From positions 76,324,001 to 76,388,000 of the forward strand of contig NC_087436.1 in NCBI RefSeq assembly GCF_036321535.1: a stretch of 64,000 nt of DNA. The letters run 5' to 3'. Numbering within the stretch: the first letter of the stretch is position 1; every line of letters starts with the position of its first letter. This document shows, piece by piece, positions 14,349-28,400 of the stretch. The notes beneath the pieces were generated by a model. It saw nothing but the letters and a program-made list of their open reading frames with translations. It did no database searches and was not told the origin of the DNA. A program made the position numbers and the translations under genes. Source of the stretch: Camelus dromedarius (Eukaryota).

Positions 14349-16789
14349 GGAGAACTCCCAGGAAAATATATCAAAAATCTATGCGTCCTTTTCCTCCAAA
14401 TAGTCACACAAATTTACATACAGTTTAAGAGGGTTTACTATTTACCTAATCTTGTCTATGATTCATGGGTCCCAGGTTAAGAGCCCATTCATTAAGTTAT
14501 AAATAACAAATAATAACTTTATGTGTTAACCCCTTAAGCAAATATGTTTATTTAAATAACAGTTAAAACCTTAAATGAAAGATACCATTCTGATTGTGTA
14601 ACTCTGTGTAGTATCCAGGGGTTGGTATAAGATAATTTGTATAAAGTCATCTTCCTGTGTTTCCTGAAACCTCACAGGTCAAGGTGTGACTTACTCTATT
14701 CTTACTGGCCTAGCATGTGAAACTGGGCATTAATGGGGATCAGGGAGCTAGTTCCTGGTCATTACATTAGAGTAGTAGTCTTCTGTAATAATGTGCTACA
14801 TTAATAATGTAATAATGTGGACCCTGTAGCGAGCAGATTTGACAGTTGTCTATATGAAGTAATTTTGTCATCGTGTTCCATTATCCCCCAGGCTAGTATG
14901 AGACCAGAATAAACATTGGAGAAGGTTAGTTTGCTTTTAGACTCAAAGAGTTGAAGGCACACAGTTAATTAAATTAAAAAAGATCATAATATACTTCTTG
15001 GTACTTGACTGGGATGTGTAAATTTCCACTATTGCATTAAGTATAAAGTTGTTTGGTGCCAGGATAAGAGAAAAAGATGGTGCTCTGCCTTACTCTGTAT
15101 GTCTTCATATGTCTCATAATCCAGAGTATGCATATGTAACTATAAAATTCCATTTTTGTCTATCATTTATGCTACACTTTAAATATTAATTGAACACAGC
15201 TGCAATATATTTTGTTTCTGAATATTGAAGCAATTTGGGTTACCTTTGGATGTACCCTGGCAGGGTACATTGGGAGGGAAAAATCTTCATAAAGAAGTCA
15301 TAGTCTTGTTTAAAAGGTGATTGAGAAACAAATTATCTTTCAAAAAATCTCTAGTTCTCTATTCTAAGCCAATTATAAAAAGGATATATGGAAAACACTT
15401 GCATTGTTTGCAGTTGATATACTTGTCCCCCCAATGTTAACTTATTTATGAGTATGCAAATTTTATGCAAAATTAGGATATTCCCCGGGGGTATAGCATT
15501 CTACTGTCAGCAAGATATTCCAAAAACAGATGTTTTAATAAAGTCTTTAGGATTTGATGAGGGAAATTATGAAGTGCTATGTGAAGTCAGTTTTTTGTAA
15601 TTTGAAAAAATTTCAAAAGCATATTGATGCAGTCTTCCTTAGAGTAGATATAGAAATCCTCTTTTACTAGTAGCCAGACACAAAAGGATTTAGTACAGCA
15701 AAAAATGGTAACAAAGATGTGGCATCTTAAAAGACTTTTCAGAATTCAGGCATTTCTTTCCTTTTATGATTATGATTATATTGTCTTTTGAGCGTTCTGT
15801 CTCAAAAACCTGAACTAATTTGAGCTTTGTGAGAATGGATTATTTATTAAAATATACTCCAAATAATAGTTTAGCTTGCATAAAGAAAGTTAGGATTACA
15901 GATTCTTCACGATTTTCAAAGATTGAGAGCCTGTATATAATTACTGGAAGTTTAACTATGGAATAAAATCACTTCTTTAAAATGGGACAGAAAAGCACAC
16001 TGATTTGATATCTCTTTCTCTAGACTTCATTTAATTTTGAAAATAAATGAAAAGCTTTCCTCATTTCATCTCACAGAAATTTGTGAGGTAGTGACTTGAC
16101 ATATGGAATGTCAGGTGTGAGGGACAGTAGCCACTTCACCTCCTATTCCCATTTCCCACCCATCCATCCCCTACCTCTCCAGTTAATTTCTTAAAAGGAC
16201 AGAAACATGTTTGTTCAATAAGGAGAATTAGGTCAAATACAACAAAATGGCTAATTTTGCGAGCATCTCCATCATGAAATATTTATTATACAAAGTTGTA
16301 TTGGTATCATTTGTAGCCATAAGCTCTGATTAAACAAAGGAGACTTTTTAAAAAAGCAACAGCATGTAGGGCAGTGAGAAGAACCTTTTTTCCCCAATGA
16401 TGGATTCCTGTTTAAAAAAAAAAATCTGGGCTTTTGGCTCTCAATACCAATTTGCATGCTGTTTTGCATATATTTACATATGACATTCCTGAGCCCCTAA
16501 TTCCAAATATGCAAAATAAAATAAAATTAATTAAATAGAGTACATGACTACAGGTGAATTCCAACCTGATGGGAAGGGCATGGCACACACAGACAAAATA
16601 CAGAACAGATTTGGAAACCAATCATTCTAATTGCATCCCAGATGAAGAGTCAGTAACTCTGAAGCTGAGGGTGGCTACGCCTCAGCTCTTGTCTGTAGAG
16701 GGCTTGCCAGGACTCCTTTGGCATAGCCTGCCTTTCCAGCTTTCCTAGTCACATCCATTAGAGGTCACATCATTGTCATCATTATCATC

Positions 16790-17030
16790 AGTCTGCATTT
16801 TTAAGATTTGTGCATCTACATACATGATCTCACTTGATTTTCTTATCAAATCTCTGAGGGAAAAAAATTATTTTCCTTAATTCAGAAATGAAGAACCTAA
16901 GGACAAGAGAGGTTAAATGATTTCCCACAAAATTATACTTACAGCAAGCCAGCAGAGTTGGGGGGAAAACCTGGGATAAGCTATAGTTTACTCCAAATTT
17001 AATGTTCTTTCCTCTACTTTAAGATGCTTC
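16790..17030 (-). mobile_element. MIR SINE
   Basis: atctcacttgatt...cagaaatgaagaacctaagg...agaggttaaatgattt. Confidence 0.6.
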
Positions 17031-17289
17031 CTATATCTCCTCCATCCTAGCTTTGTAAATTAGATAATGGCTGACAGTGTTTTTGTGTTTATTGCCCCTC
17101 GCCCCAGGGTTTTCTGGGGCTCCCTTATGTAACCTTTTTTCCTCCATCACTTCTGATTCTTAATATTTTTAAATTTTATCTCTGTTTCACTTTTTTGACT
17201 TGTTTTAAGAAAAATATCTTATAAACTCATTTGTGCTCTGATGTTTATGATTTAATGTATTACAAAATAATCTTACTTCAGCAAACCTA

Positions 17290-17770
17290 ATGAACATATG
17301 TTTATGAATTTATTGAGAATCTACTGTATGCCAAGCACTTCTCTAGATTATGGGTACAACAGTTAAAATACATTACTCTCATGGAACTTAAATTTTAAGG
17401 TCAGAGAAGTAGAGATAGGTAATAAATTAATTGCGAAGTATATTGAATGATTATAGTGCTGAAGAAAAAAGAAAGAAGAGAGATTGGTTCAATTTTAAAT
17501 AAGGTGTTCAAGAATGCCTTAAAGAGAAAGTGACGTTTGAGTGATGATATGAGGATGTAGGAAGTGAGCTCTCCAGATGCCTAGGGGAAGATTCTACTGG
17601 TCAGATGGAAGGGCAAACATGAAGTTTCTGAGACAGGAGTAAAACTAGCATATGCAAAGAGCAACAAGGAGACCATTGTGGCCATTGAGAGGGCTTGCAC
17701 TTTTACTCTGAATGAGATGGAAAGCTATTGGAGAATTGAATAAAGGAATGTAATGATTTGTCCCGCCATT
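17290..17770 (-). mobile_element. L2 fragment (resumes at ~19432-19500)
   Basis: tttattgagaatctactgtatgccaagcact...tactctgaatgagatggaaagctattggag. Confidence 0.7.
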
Positions 17771-19431
17771 TGTGGTAGATTGGAAAACCTGACCACAATA
17801 TGTTTAGTCCTCCTAGCAAGAAGTGGAATCTTATGTCATCAGGATCCAGTGAGGAGACAGAAATCGTATTAGTTACTTGAAAGAAGTGTTTATAACCAAA
17901 TATGAAAATGTAACAAATCAACTATACTTCAATAAAAAAGTAAAGATGAAAAAAAAACATACAACAAGGTTACTGAAAGGGTGAAGAAGAGGATTCTAAG
18001 TTACCACTGAGAGAGGGAGCATCTGCACCCCTTAGGGCTGGGGATAAGGGAAGAAGTTGGAACAGGTTAACTTACTGCTAAGCTAGAGAAGGTATAACAC
18101 GGAGCCGAAAAATAATCAGACCCCTGAGGAGAGAATATGGGCCAGCTTTTGTTAGTGCCTCTGAGGGATCCTGGCAAGCCTGATCTAGAAGTGTTGGGAA
18201 AACTACGAATTGGATTGGGTTCCTCTTATGGGAAAGAATGGCTTTGAGGGGTGAAAGTAGTGATTATGGGGTGATGATTACATGAACCACAAGCAGAGGA
18301 ACCAAATGGGGAGAAGCGGGTGCCTTCTTCCGCTGGCTTTGCAGTCTCCCTCTAGCAACCTCTCTCCCCTGTTGACCAAATTTAGTATCATCATCTGTTG
18401 TATCTCAGCCCCATCATCATAAAGTGGAGTGCAGAAGAGTGAGTTTAGATCTTAGAGAAAATTGCCAACCACCAACACAACTCTCTTTCTTCACCCTTCG
18501 AATCTGGGCTGGCTACACGACTTACCTGACCAATAGAATCTGGTAAATTATATTATTTGATTTTCAAGGGTAATCTCAAGAGGCAACTTTTACTTTTGCT
18601 CACTTTGGTTGCTACCATGAGATCACCATGTACTGAAGTCAGTCTAAAGTCTTGGAGGATAAGAAGCCACATGAAGGAGCACCCAGGCATCCCAGAGGCC
18701 ATCTTGGACCTATCAGTTCCCATTGGGAACTAGAAGCATGTGCTTAGCTATATTTCAGGATTGCTCAAATGAGGACTGCTGTGTGCTTTCTGTTATTATC
18801 CTTAAGAAGAGGAGTGTCTAATGCAATGCTCCCGTCTCTAGCTCACCATCATATACTGGGTGTATGAAAAACGTTATCTTAAAAATTTGAATAACTTGTC
18901 TTTTTAGTAAACAGATCTCTGGATCAAAAGATTCCTAAGCTAAGGAGTCATTTCTATACCTGGACTAGGTGCAGATTATAGAATAAATAGTGGGGTTTGA
19001 GCCTGATGCTATAATGGGATGAGTGTTGGAGGAGAGGGGCGTACAATTTTTTTGCATGTGTGAAGAATGGAAATAATTGTAATCAGAGGGTAGTTGTGAC
19101 AGACTGAAAAACATGGCTGCGTTATTTTGTATCTCCTTTCATCAACATGTGTGGTCTAGCTGATCTAGACTACTGGAGAATGAAAGGCTGTGTAGAAAAC
19201 TGAGGTTCCCTAGCCAATAGCCATACCAACTGTCAGACCTGTGAGTAAGGTTATCTTGGATCTTCCAGTCCAATTTAGCCTCCAGCTGAATGCAGCTGCA
19301 AGAGTCAGCCAGATGAAAGCATCAGAGGAACAGCCCAGTTAGCCCACAGAAACATGAGAAATAATCAATCATTGTTGTTTTAGGTCATTAAGTTTGGGGA
19401 TGGTTTGACTCACAATGGCAGCCAATAAGCA
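17771..19431 (+). mobile_element. Deleted MaLR (MLT1) provirus: 5' LTR, internal remnant, 3' LTR, with nested insertions
   Basis: Two LTR starts (tgtggtagattggaaaa at 17771; tgtgacagactgaaaa at ~19095 after PPT-like agagggtag); TSD CCATT/CTATT. Confidence 0.65.
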
Positions 19432-19749
19432 CTATTTTAATAGGATCACTTTAACTATTTTGTTCAAGGTTGTCTATAAGGGGCAAGAGTGGGGAAAGTA
19501 TGATAGGTCCTGGAGAAGTTAGAGAAGTACAAAGACAAATCAAACATAATCCCTTCCCTCAAGTTTAAACTATAAATTCAATTTTAAAAGACATACAAGA
19601 TTTAAAGCAAAGAAATGAATCTATGATGATGAAGATTAAGGCAACAAGAAATGAATAAGAAAAGGTGATTTTTAAGGCTAGGATTATTACCAATGCCTCT
19701 AAAATCATACAATGCATAAACTATGCATAAAATACTAACTGTAGTGTCT

Positions 19750-19970
19750 GGAATAATAGCATAATAATACACATCATTTAAATGTATTAACTCCTCTAAT
19801 CCTCACAATAACCCTATATGAAGGAGTATACTATTATCCCCATGTTACAGGTAAAGGAAGATGAGGGTAACTTACTCCCATTTGTGAGCCAGTAAGAATT
19901 GGAGCTGGAGTTCAAACCCAGGCAGACCTGAAATTCTAGAGTCTGTACTCAGAACCACTCACTATGCTAA
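19750..19970 (-). mobile_element. MIR SINE
   Basis: taatcctcacaataaccctat...tattatccccatgttacag...ggagttcaaacccaggcag. Confidence 0.8.
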
Positions 19971-20960
19971 ACTTCAAAGGCAAAAAAAGACCTTGGAGGA
20001 AGGTCTCAGGTAAGTACCTGACATTTACTGAATTTTAATTTTTATTGGATTCCAATTAAGCATATTATATTTTATTGGAAAATATTGTCCCATTTTATAC
20101 TTAAATCCGAGGCTCAGTCTATCTATGATAGCAGGTAGAAAAATGTGCAGGAAAATTTTCTAGAGCAGATGATACCTGAGTTAGGTATTATAGAAGGAAC
20201 AAGAAAAAAATATCTTTTAAATCTCTGTGCACATCCAAAGCCCAGCTAGCTTTCAAATCCCAATATAGAGACTATTGTTTCCTATAAAAGCAGCTCTGAT
20301 TTCTCCCACCCCAAAGTAATTGCTTTTCCTCTGAATTTACTGAACAATAAATATGTCTCTTAGAATATATTTTCTACCACGTCTGACATTGGCTTATAGA
20401 TATGCTGTATCTTCTTTCAGGTTTGTATTTATGTTTGTATTCCTGTTGTTGCCAATGGGATGAGTGGAGAGATGAGTGACTGAATGAATGTATGATTAGA
20501 AGGTGGATGGACGGATAAATGAACGAATTGCACGCCTTCGAATTAATTCACACCCTTAACCCATGTTTTCAAATTTTTAAGGGAATATTTTCTGTAAACA
20601 TGTTTTTCTGATGTGCTAAGATAAATGAATGGGAAGTTACTGAAACATGTCCCAAAATTGTGCAGGTAGGAGAGATATGCCATATTACTTGGCTTGATTA
20701 CCTACCTTTTCGTGGTAAGTACTTAATAATTATTCTCTTCCATCTAAAAGTTGTTATTACTTATCCTAGTAATATGTTTCTTTTATCAGTTCTTTTTTTG
20801 GCATCTGTTTGAGTGTACATTTGTGTGGCATGATTTTACTGAACTGCTAGGCCTTTTATTATTTCTAAACAGTCTCTCCTATCAAAATATAAGCTTATTT
20901 CCACTTAATTTCTAACTATGGAGACCACTTTAGATACTTAAAAAAGATAAATGAGTTAAC

Positions 20961-21130
20961 CTAGGACTATCACATAATTTGCAGGGCCTAGTGCAAAATG
21001 AGAATATGAGTTCCTTGTTCAAAAATTATGAAGACTTTCAAGATGGAAACAGGAGACCATTAAATCAAACTCAGGCCCTTCTGAGAGGGTGTATGAGGGC
21101 ATGGGTTACGTACCCCTGAAGTGGGCCCTG
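20961..21130 (-). mobile_element. MER45A-like hAT-Tip100 non-autonomous DNA transposon
   Basis: cataatttgcagggcctagtgcaaaatg...gaagtgggccctg; 8-bp TSD GAGTTAAC/GAGTTACC. Confidence 0.85.
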
Positions 21131-21339
21131 GAGTTACCCATGGCCTTTTCCTTCGTAGCCTCAACCAGTAGCTCTTTTACCAAATAGGCAGAGTGAAAGA
21201 ACTACCCACTCCTTTCCAGTGGAGGGGGGGACATGTGTTGTTAATCGCGAAGTGTCACTGCACATGCACACTGGGGATGGTTAGGTTATGTGTTTATTGG
21301 CTCTGGTTGTTGAGATACTAGGACTTCATCGAATCCATT

Positions 21340-21810
21340 TCTACTGGGTTTATGCCAAGGGCTACGTCATGGGTATGCAAATGTTCAGCTTTAATAGATA
21401 CTGTCAAAGAGTTTTCAAAGTTATACAAATTTACACTCACCAGCAGTGTATGAGAGTTCTGACTGCTCCACATCCTGCCACTTAATATAAAGCCTTTTCA
21501 TTTCAGCCATTCTGGTGTGTGTGTAGTGGTATCACATTGTGATTTTAATGTTCATTTCTTGGATGACTAATACAATTGAACACTTCTCCACATGTTTGTT
21601 GGACTTTTTGATGTCCTTTTTTGAAGTGTCTGTACAAGCCTTTTGACTATTTTTCTACTGGGTTGCCAATATTTTTCTTATTTATTTATAGGAATTCTTT
21701 GTGTATTCTGGAGATAGGGGTCCTTTGTTGAGTATATATGTTAATACCTCCTCCTTCTCTGTGGGTTGCCTTTTCAGTCTCTTAATGGTATTTTTTGATG
21801 AACATTGGTT
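21340..21810 (-). mobile_element. Old L1 fragment
   Basis: aatttacactcaccagcagtgtatgagagttc...tttcagccattctggtg. Confidence 0.8.
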
Positions 21811-22505
21811 GAATATTTTAAAAACACATCTCTTAATGGAACATTATAAGAAAAAAGAACTTCAAAGGACAAACAGACTGTCTATGAGAAGTAGGTATCA
21901 GCATTTGTGCGAATGATACTAACTTGATAATGATGAAGCTGAAAGTAATAGAAATGTATAGCTAAACAGCAAGAATAGCACTGATGATGCATTAAAAGCA
22001 AAATCAAAGAATTCTCCATGGAAACTGTGGGAATTCCAGCTATCTGCATGTGTATGCACAGTAGGAGCTTTGTGATACTGCCAAATGCTGTGTGGCAGCC
22101 AGACTTAGCAGAATACTAAGCATTCAGGAAGCATGCTATGAACACTAAAGTTTAATAACATTTCTTAATTAAGTGGATTATTGTTATTTAGTGTTTAGAT
22201 ATTTTTTATACTTAAAATAAGAGTCTTTAACACAGGTATGATTAATTCCAAATAATGAAACAAATACAGATTACTTGCTAGCTTTTACCTGCATTCAACT
22301 TTGCTTGTGGTCAACTATAATTTTCAGACTTTTTCCTTCTATGAAAACTTGTGTTAAGCAGTCTTCCCCAAATATATTTGTATTATTGCTTGTTGCTCCC
22401 CAACATAACACAAAATCACTTGTGATACACACCTTTCATAGACGTTTATATTTTGTCATCAAAGGTCATTATTTTGATTGCTGCTATTTGTGTTCATTCA
22501 TTCTC

Positions 22506-22701
22506 TTTTTTTTAATTTTATTTTTTGTTGAAGTATAGTTGATTTATAATGTTAGTTTCAGGTGCACAGCAAAGCAATTCAGTTATACATATACAAACAT
22601 ACATATTTTCTTTTCAGATTCTTTTCCATTATGTTATTATAAGAAATTGAATATGGTTCCCTGTGCTATACAGTAGGTCTTTGTTGTTCATCTATTTTAT
22701 A
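22506..22701 (-). mobile_element. Short cetartiodactyl-type L1 3' end inserted in an L2 tail
   Basis: ttgaagtatagttgattt...ttccctgtgctatacagtaggtc; flanked by tcattcattc on both sides. Confidence 0.85.
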
Positions 22702-22826
22702 TCATTCATTCATTTTTTCATCCATTAATTCATTTATATGTTCAATAAATATTAATTGTGCATCTTCTAGACACTAAGAAACAGCAGTGAACCAAATAGA
22801 CAAAAATCTCTGCTTACATGAAGCTG

Positions 22827-22887
<61 letters not shown>
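22827..22887. repeat. (TA)n(GA)n microsatellite inside an L2 remnant
   Basis: Direct reading. Confidence 0.95.
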
Positions 22888-22889
<2 letters not shown>

Positions 22890-25340
22890 TCAGATGGAAT
22901 GCAATATCATGGAGGAAAATAATTCAGGGGATGAAAGTGGAAAGTAGTAATCATTTGCAATTTTCATGATTGTGGTCAGAAAAGACCTCAGTGAGCAGAG
23001 ACCAGAGAGGTGAGGAAGGAGCCCTGGCTGCCTGCGGAAGAGCACTCCAAGCAGAGGGACTGAGAGCACACAGATCCTGAGGTAGGGCAGTGCTTTCATG
23101 GAGCTGACATCAGTGTTACTGGCACGTTGTTGTTATTGATGACTTCAAGCTGACACTTAGTTATAGCATCCTTGGAATCAAAGGCATAATTTGGCAATTA
23201 GCAGGCTTTACCTGGAACTTACACTGGAAATACCGAGGAACTTACACTGGAAATAGGTCTGAAACAAAATCATTTCCCTGAAAGATCTATTGTACATCTC
23301 TGATCATTAAAAATTAGAGACACTACATTTATCAGATGTTGAAAGAGTTCTATGACAATTTTGAGGCAATTTAAGATCACAGGCAAAGTTGTGACCTGTG
23401 ATCGGGAATGAGAGATAAATTATTTCTACCTTCTCACACATACACAAAAACTGAGGTGTTACTTTATTTCCTGGGCATTGATTTATTCATAGTTTAAAAT
23501 TGAGAAAGTAGTTGTGTCACAGTCTCTTAGGAATTCAGTGTGTGAGTATTGTAAAGTTCACAAAGGAGGCAAAAAGCCATGAGCTGATTGCGGTGCTTCA
23601 GCCATAGGCAAATAATTACCAGGGATGTTAGATTCCAAGATAACCTTCTTTAGTTTTCTTTTCCACATCTTTGCTATTCGGGTATATGGATAAACTTGTA
23701 ACAAAATTAGGCATGTATTCAATAGATATACTTGAGTGTGTTAATAAATGTGATAGTCGTAAAGAAGCAGGACTATAAACCTGTAAAAAACTTTTATCAC
23801 CTTGAAGGTGGGATTTTTGAAAATTTAATGTCCATATAATTGATAGTAATCTAGCTCAGATCAGCTTTTCACTATCCCTCTAAAAGGGTAATGATTTTCT
23901 GAAAATTCCAATAAAAATATTTTCATAAATGTTTGTAGAAGTGATTATGAAAAACATCAGAACTGCAGTGATCACCTGAATATTCCATGAATAAAATCAG
24001 TTTGCCAAAATTATTAGAACAATTTTTTAACCCAAGTGTCTAAACAGAAAGACAAGGCATCAGATTCATTGAAATCATTCTTTTGTTGTTGTTGAATTAA
24101 TTGAATATTGAACAAATTATACGTGCTATCATTTACTTGTGAAAGTATTTTTCTTACATCATCAATACACTTCCAGAGCCTCCCTTCCTTCCCTTTTTCC
24201 TTCTCTCCCTCCCTGTCTCCTTTCTCTTCTGCCTTTTTTTTCTGTCTGAGTTTCTATTTTTATCTTTGCAACACAACCTGTTTTGTCTAACCTTCAAGAA
24301 GGTAGCTACATGAACAACGATCTCTCATGACTGACATACACTGTAGCGTGTGCACATAGCAATATTTATATGATGCTGATACAGCAGTACCCCATAGGAG
24401 CTGGCCAGGCAATCATTACCCTTTAACCAATTGATCATCATGTGAGCAATACATTTTACCTTTCTACTTGGTCAAATTTGATAGCTTCCTTTAAGCTGCT
24501 ATAAACCTTCTCAAAATCAATATAGGTCTGAGTTTTGATGCTAAAGTATCTTGTTTGCAGAACATGACAAAATATCTTGCCAACTAGAATAATACTATTT
24601 GGTGGATGATGTTAACAGTTTTCAAAGTGATTTCTCTTTTAATGTTCTTATTTACATGCAATTGAATTATTTGAAGTTACTTTTGAAAATGGGATTGCTT
24701 TTCCATTATGTTTATTTGGTAAAATGGAATATCCCTAACACTTTAAATGGTGAAAAAAAAAAAAAAAACCAAACCAAACAAACAAACAAACAGGGATTTG
24801 GATGCTTGTATATTAATAGAATTCATGGAACACATTTTTATTGTGCACCTACAGACATGATTCTTGTTTTCCTTGAGCTTAGAATACACATGCAGAGACA
24901 GACTATTGTGATATGAGCAAAATTAAAAATATATAATCACAAATTGTGATGTGTAGTGTAAGGTACCATGAGAGAGAATGGACTGGAGAGGACTTACTTT
25001 AAATCAGATGGGTAACAAAGTCTCTGAAGAGCTGACATTTAATCTGAGACCTGAAGCCAGTCACTCCGAAGAATAGTCTAGGCAAAGGACCAGGAGGTGG
25101 AAGGGCCCCAAGGCAAGAAACTCTTACAGCCTTTTTTGCTTCATTTCCAAGGAAGGCTCACATTTCCATTTGTATTTCACCCATGATGTGAGACATAATC
25201 TGGAGTAGCTAAGGGACTAATTTGCCTTCATGAATCTTTTTCTCATGGCTTATCCTATTTAAAATGTCACTGTGGTCTCCAGTGTCAGGGACTCTAGCTC
25301 AGGACTCACTAGGTGATTTAGATATTTTCCACTGCTCATA

Positions 25341-25421
25341 TTAGGTTGAACTAAATGAAATCGCCATATTTTGTGGGTCAAGAATAGATGACTTCTGGCA
25401 ATTTCATTTGGTTCAGTCTGT
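25341..25421. mobile_element. MADE2-like mariner MITE
   Basis: ttaggttgaactaaatgaaatcgcc...ggcaatttcatttggttcag inverted termini, ~80 bp, TA flanks. Confidence 0.8.
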
Positions 25422-28400
25422 ATATTGCCATTAGTTCTGTGGATCCTGAAACAGTTGTAGTGCTAACTAGATCACTGGGATGTTTTTGGAGAGTAAATTA
25501 GAGAGCATAGGCTTATTTTAAATGTTATTCACCACCTCAAGTTCTGAAAGTACTGACGCTGCAGAGAAAATAGGGCCCTATGGAAATACTTTTACCTAAT
25601 TGTAGATCATCAAATTACAGAAAGGATTAATGCATATGTTTTACTTTTTATATTTTTGATACATGAATACATCAGAATTCTAACATTAACACATTTTAAA
25701 AACATGGTGTGTTTTGAAATATTTTAATGCCTTAGGGTATTACTTTTTGATGAAATGTAAAATATCTTTGAAGTTTTGTGGTATTGATTGGTTCAGAGTT
25801 ATTATTTTCCTTCATTTTTACTACATTTCTACTTTTTTGTTATTATTATTTCTTTACTTACACCCTAGAAACCTTGTCTCTGTGATTATACCATAATCAT
25901 ATAGGGAGTTATTGAAAGGTAGATTCTAAGTTCTAGTTTATATGTGATCAATACAATGATTAATAATTAATATAATAATTAATAATATAATAATATTAAT
26001 AATTAATTAATATAGTAATTAACACAAACTGAATCAGAATCTTTGGGCATCTGTGTTTTTACTAACCATCATAGGTAACGCTTACATACCTTGAAGTTTG
26101 AAAAAACTTCTTTAACAAAATAAACCATAGATAATTCTGTATTGGCTTTTCCTTGTTTAAGTACTGCAGCTGTGTCACTGAAGAATATATTCAGGTGAAG
26201 ATTAAATAGAATAACCACTATAGAGGACAGCACAAAAGCTTGCTTTGCCAGTTTAAAATGCAAAGATACGTGTGTGCATGTTTGCACTTATAAAAATAAA
26301 AATATGATATATGATGGCTTGTGTACTTCTGAAACTAAGTGCCTAAGAATGAAATTCTCAAAAAAGCAGGAATAATTCTTCCCAAACAGAAAGTCTCTGT
26401 AGTCAATTTTACTGTTCTATACCAACAATTAAAAAGAAAAACTGGAGTACTACTGAGACAACAATTGTAGTAGCTTGTACTGTATACTCTTTGCAGAATA
26501 CTTTCCTGTACATTATTGGGGTTCTTTCATTATTTACATTCAGTCTAATAATATTCCTTACTTGTATTCAGTTTCTTACTTGCTTGTAAAATCATTCATG
26601 GTTTTATTAAATTTGTGTTTCTATTAAATTTCATTGACTAACTTAGAGATAGTTAACCAGTGACCAAATCTCCACTGAGAAAATAAGTTTTGAGTCAAAG
26701 CAGAGAAACGTTGCTGTGATTTCTGCTTCTGATGCTTTCGGAAACTTTACTTTTATTTGTGATATCTGTGTTTGGCTGGAGAAAGCCATGTGGTCAATGA
26801 AAACATTCAGAAGTCACCTAAAATGAATCCCCAGAAACTGGTAAACTATTACTTTGGACTGTGATGGCCACATACTGCCTTTCTTCAGCCAAGAAAATCA
26901 CAGTAACCAAGATTTTAACAATGGTTAAAAAAAACTATAAATGCATGATTTTATCTTCTGTCAGGAAGTCCTGGTAGTAATACATGAATCATGGGTACAA
27001 ACATTGATTCATACTAAGAGGAATTCCACCTCACCAACTTTTTCCTAAGACAGTATCTTTCCCTTCATTTAGGAGGTCGTTTCTAGTGACAGTTGAATCA
27101 GCTGTGCAAGTCGGTCTTAACAATTCAGTTGATTCTGCAACGTTGAGATTTTATTTGAAAGGTCCCCAAGACTTTCATTGTCTTCCAAATGTCTTCTCCT
27201 CATTTTAGTTTCTTATTCTGTGGGCTATCTTAGTGACAGTGTCTCTTCTTTGTAATAGTTATTCACTTAAAAAGCCTTCAAAATATTAACCAGTCGCTGA
27301 AGGTTCTTTGAAGAAAAATATGACTGTTCGTGTAAACAATTAATGGTTGTTAAGCATGGCAGTGTATATTATGACAAACAACACATGCTACATTATGCCA
27401 GCTGGTGTAATGATGTGATAATGGCTGACTCATTAACTCTGGCACACAGTTTACGATGCCCTTCTATGACAGGATTAATTGATTCACACATACATTAAAA
27501 CAAAAATAACTACACTGAAATTCAGCTGGAAGTCTGGCTCCTCATTTGTCATAAACCTTGCCATTGGTGATAGCTGACAAAGACCCCAGTGCTGAATAGG
27601 TTGAGGTTCCCTTACTGACCTCACCTTTGTTTCTGACTGAGAACGGGAGCCTTGGAAACATACCAGGATGCTTTAAGGTACAGGATTTCCCTGGAGAAGA
27701 ATTCATATTGGAACAAAATATATACACACATATACTCCGAACAGTGGAATCGTTCAACATGCTTTTTCTGTAGCAAGTCCAGCAACAAAACAACCAGTGT
27801 TAAAGTGTGTTTTCTCTACCTGAAATACAGCTCAGATCCTTTTCCAAAATTATTAGATATTTAAGGAATTTCTTTCGGATAATCTAATCAAAGTCTTTCC
27901 AGAGAGCTTTTTGGAACTATAATGAATTCTGACTGGTATTAGGCAGTAATAAACAGAGCACCCACCAGGGTGCTAACTTTTCTCCTTTGCCTCAGCTGCC
28001 AGTTTTATCTCTTCATTGAATTGTGAGGATTGGTAATGCTTAAAATTGGGCGTAGGCAACTCTTCTTTACCCAAAACCTGGAAATGAATTAATAGTCTTA
28101 TTAAATTGGGAGGCTCAGTCATTTTAATATAAAATCTATACTTATTGTTATTCTAGGGTACTTTCAACTAAGAACTAAATTATTTCTTTTCTAAATGTTT
28201 CTTGTTTCAGTTAAGACCATATATACTGCATTTAATAATTTCTAATTGATTCATTAGATAAAAACTAAGTTGTATAATAAGATTTTCATTTAAAAAGTGC
28301 TTTAGACATACTGTATTTCTTATTAGTATTATTGGTATTGTTATTATTACTAGCGATTATGGCATAAATGTTGGAGGCTCTAGAAAACACAAGAGTTTAC

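Noticed and set aside
25955..26022. AT-only self-complementary tract
   Set aside because: Ordinary low-complexity sequence.
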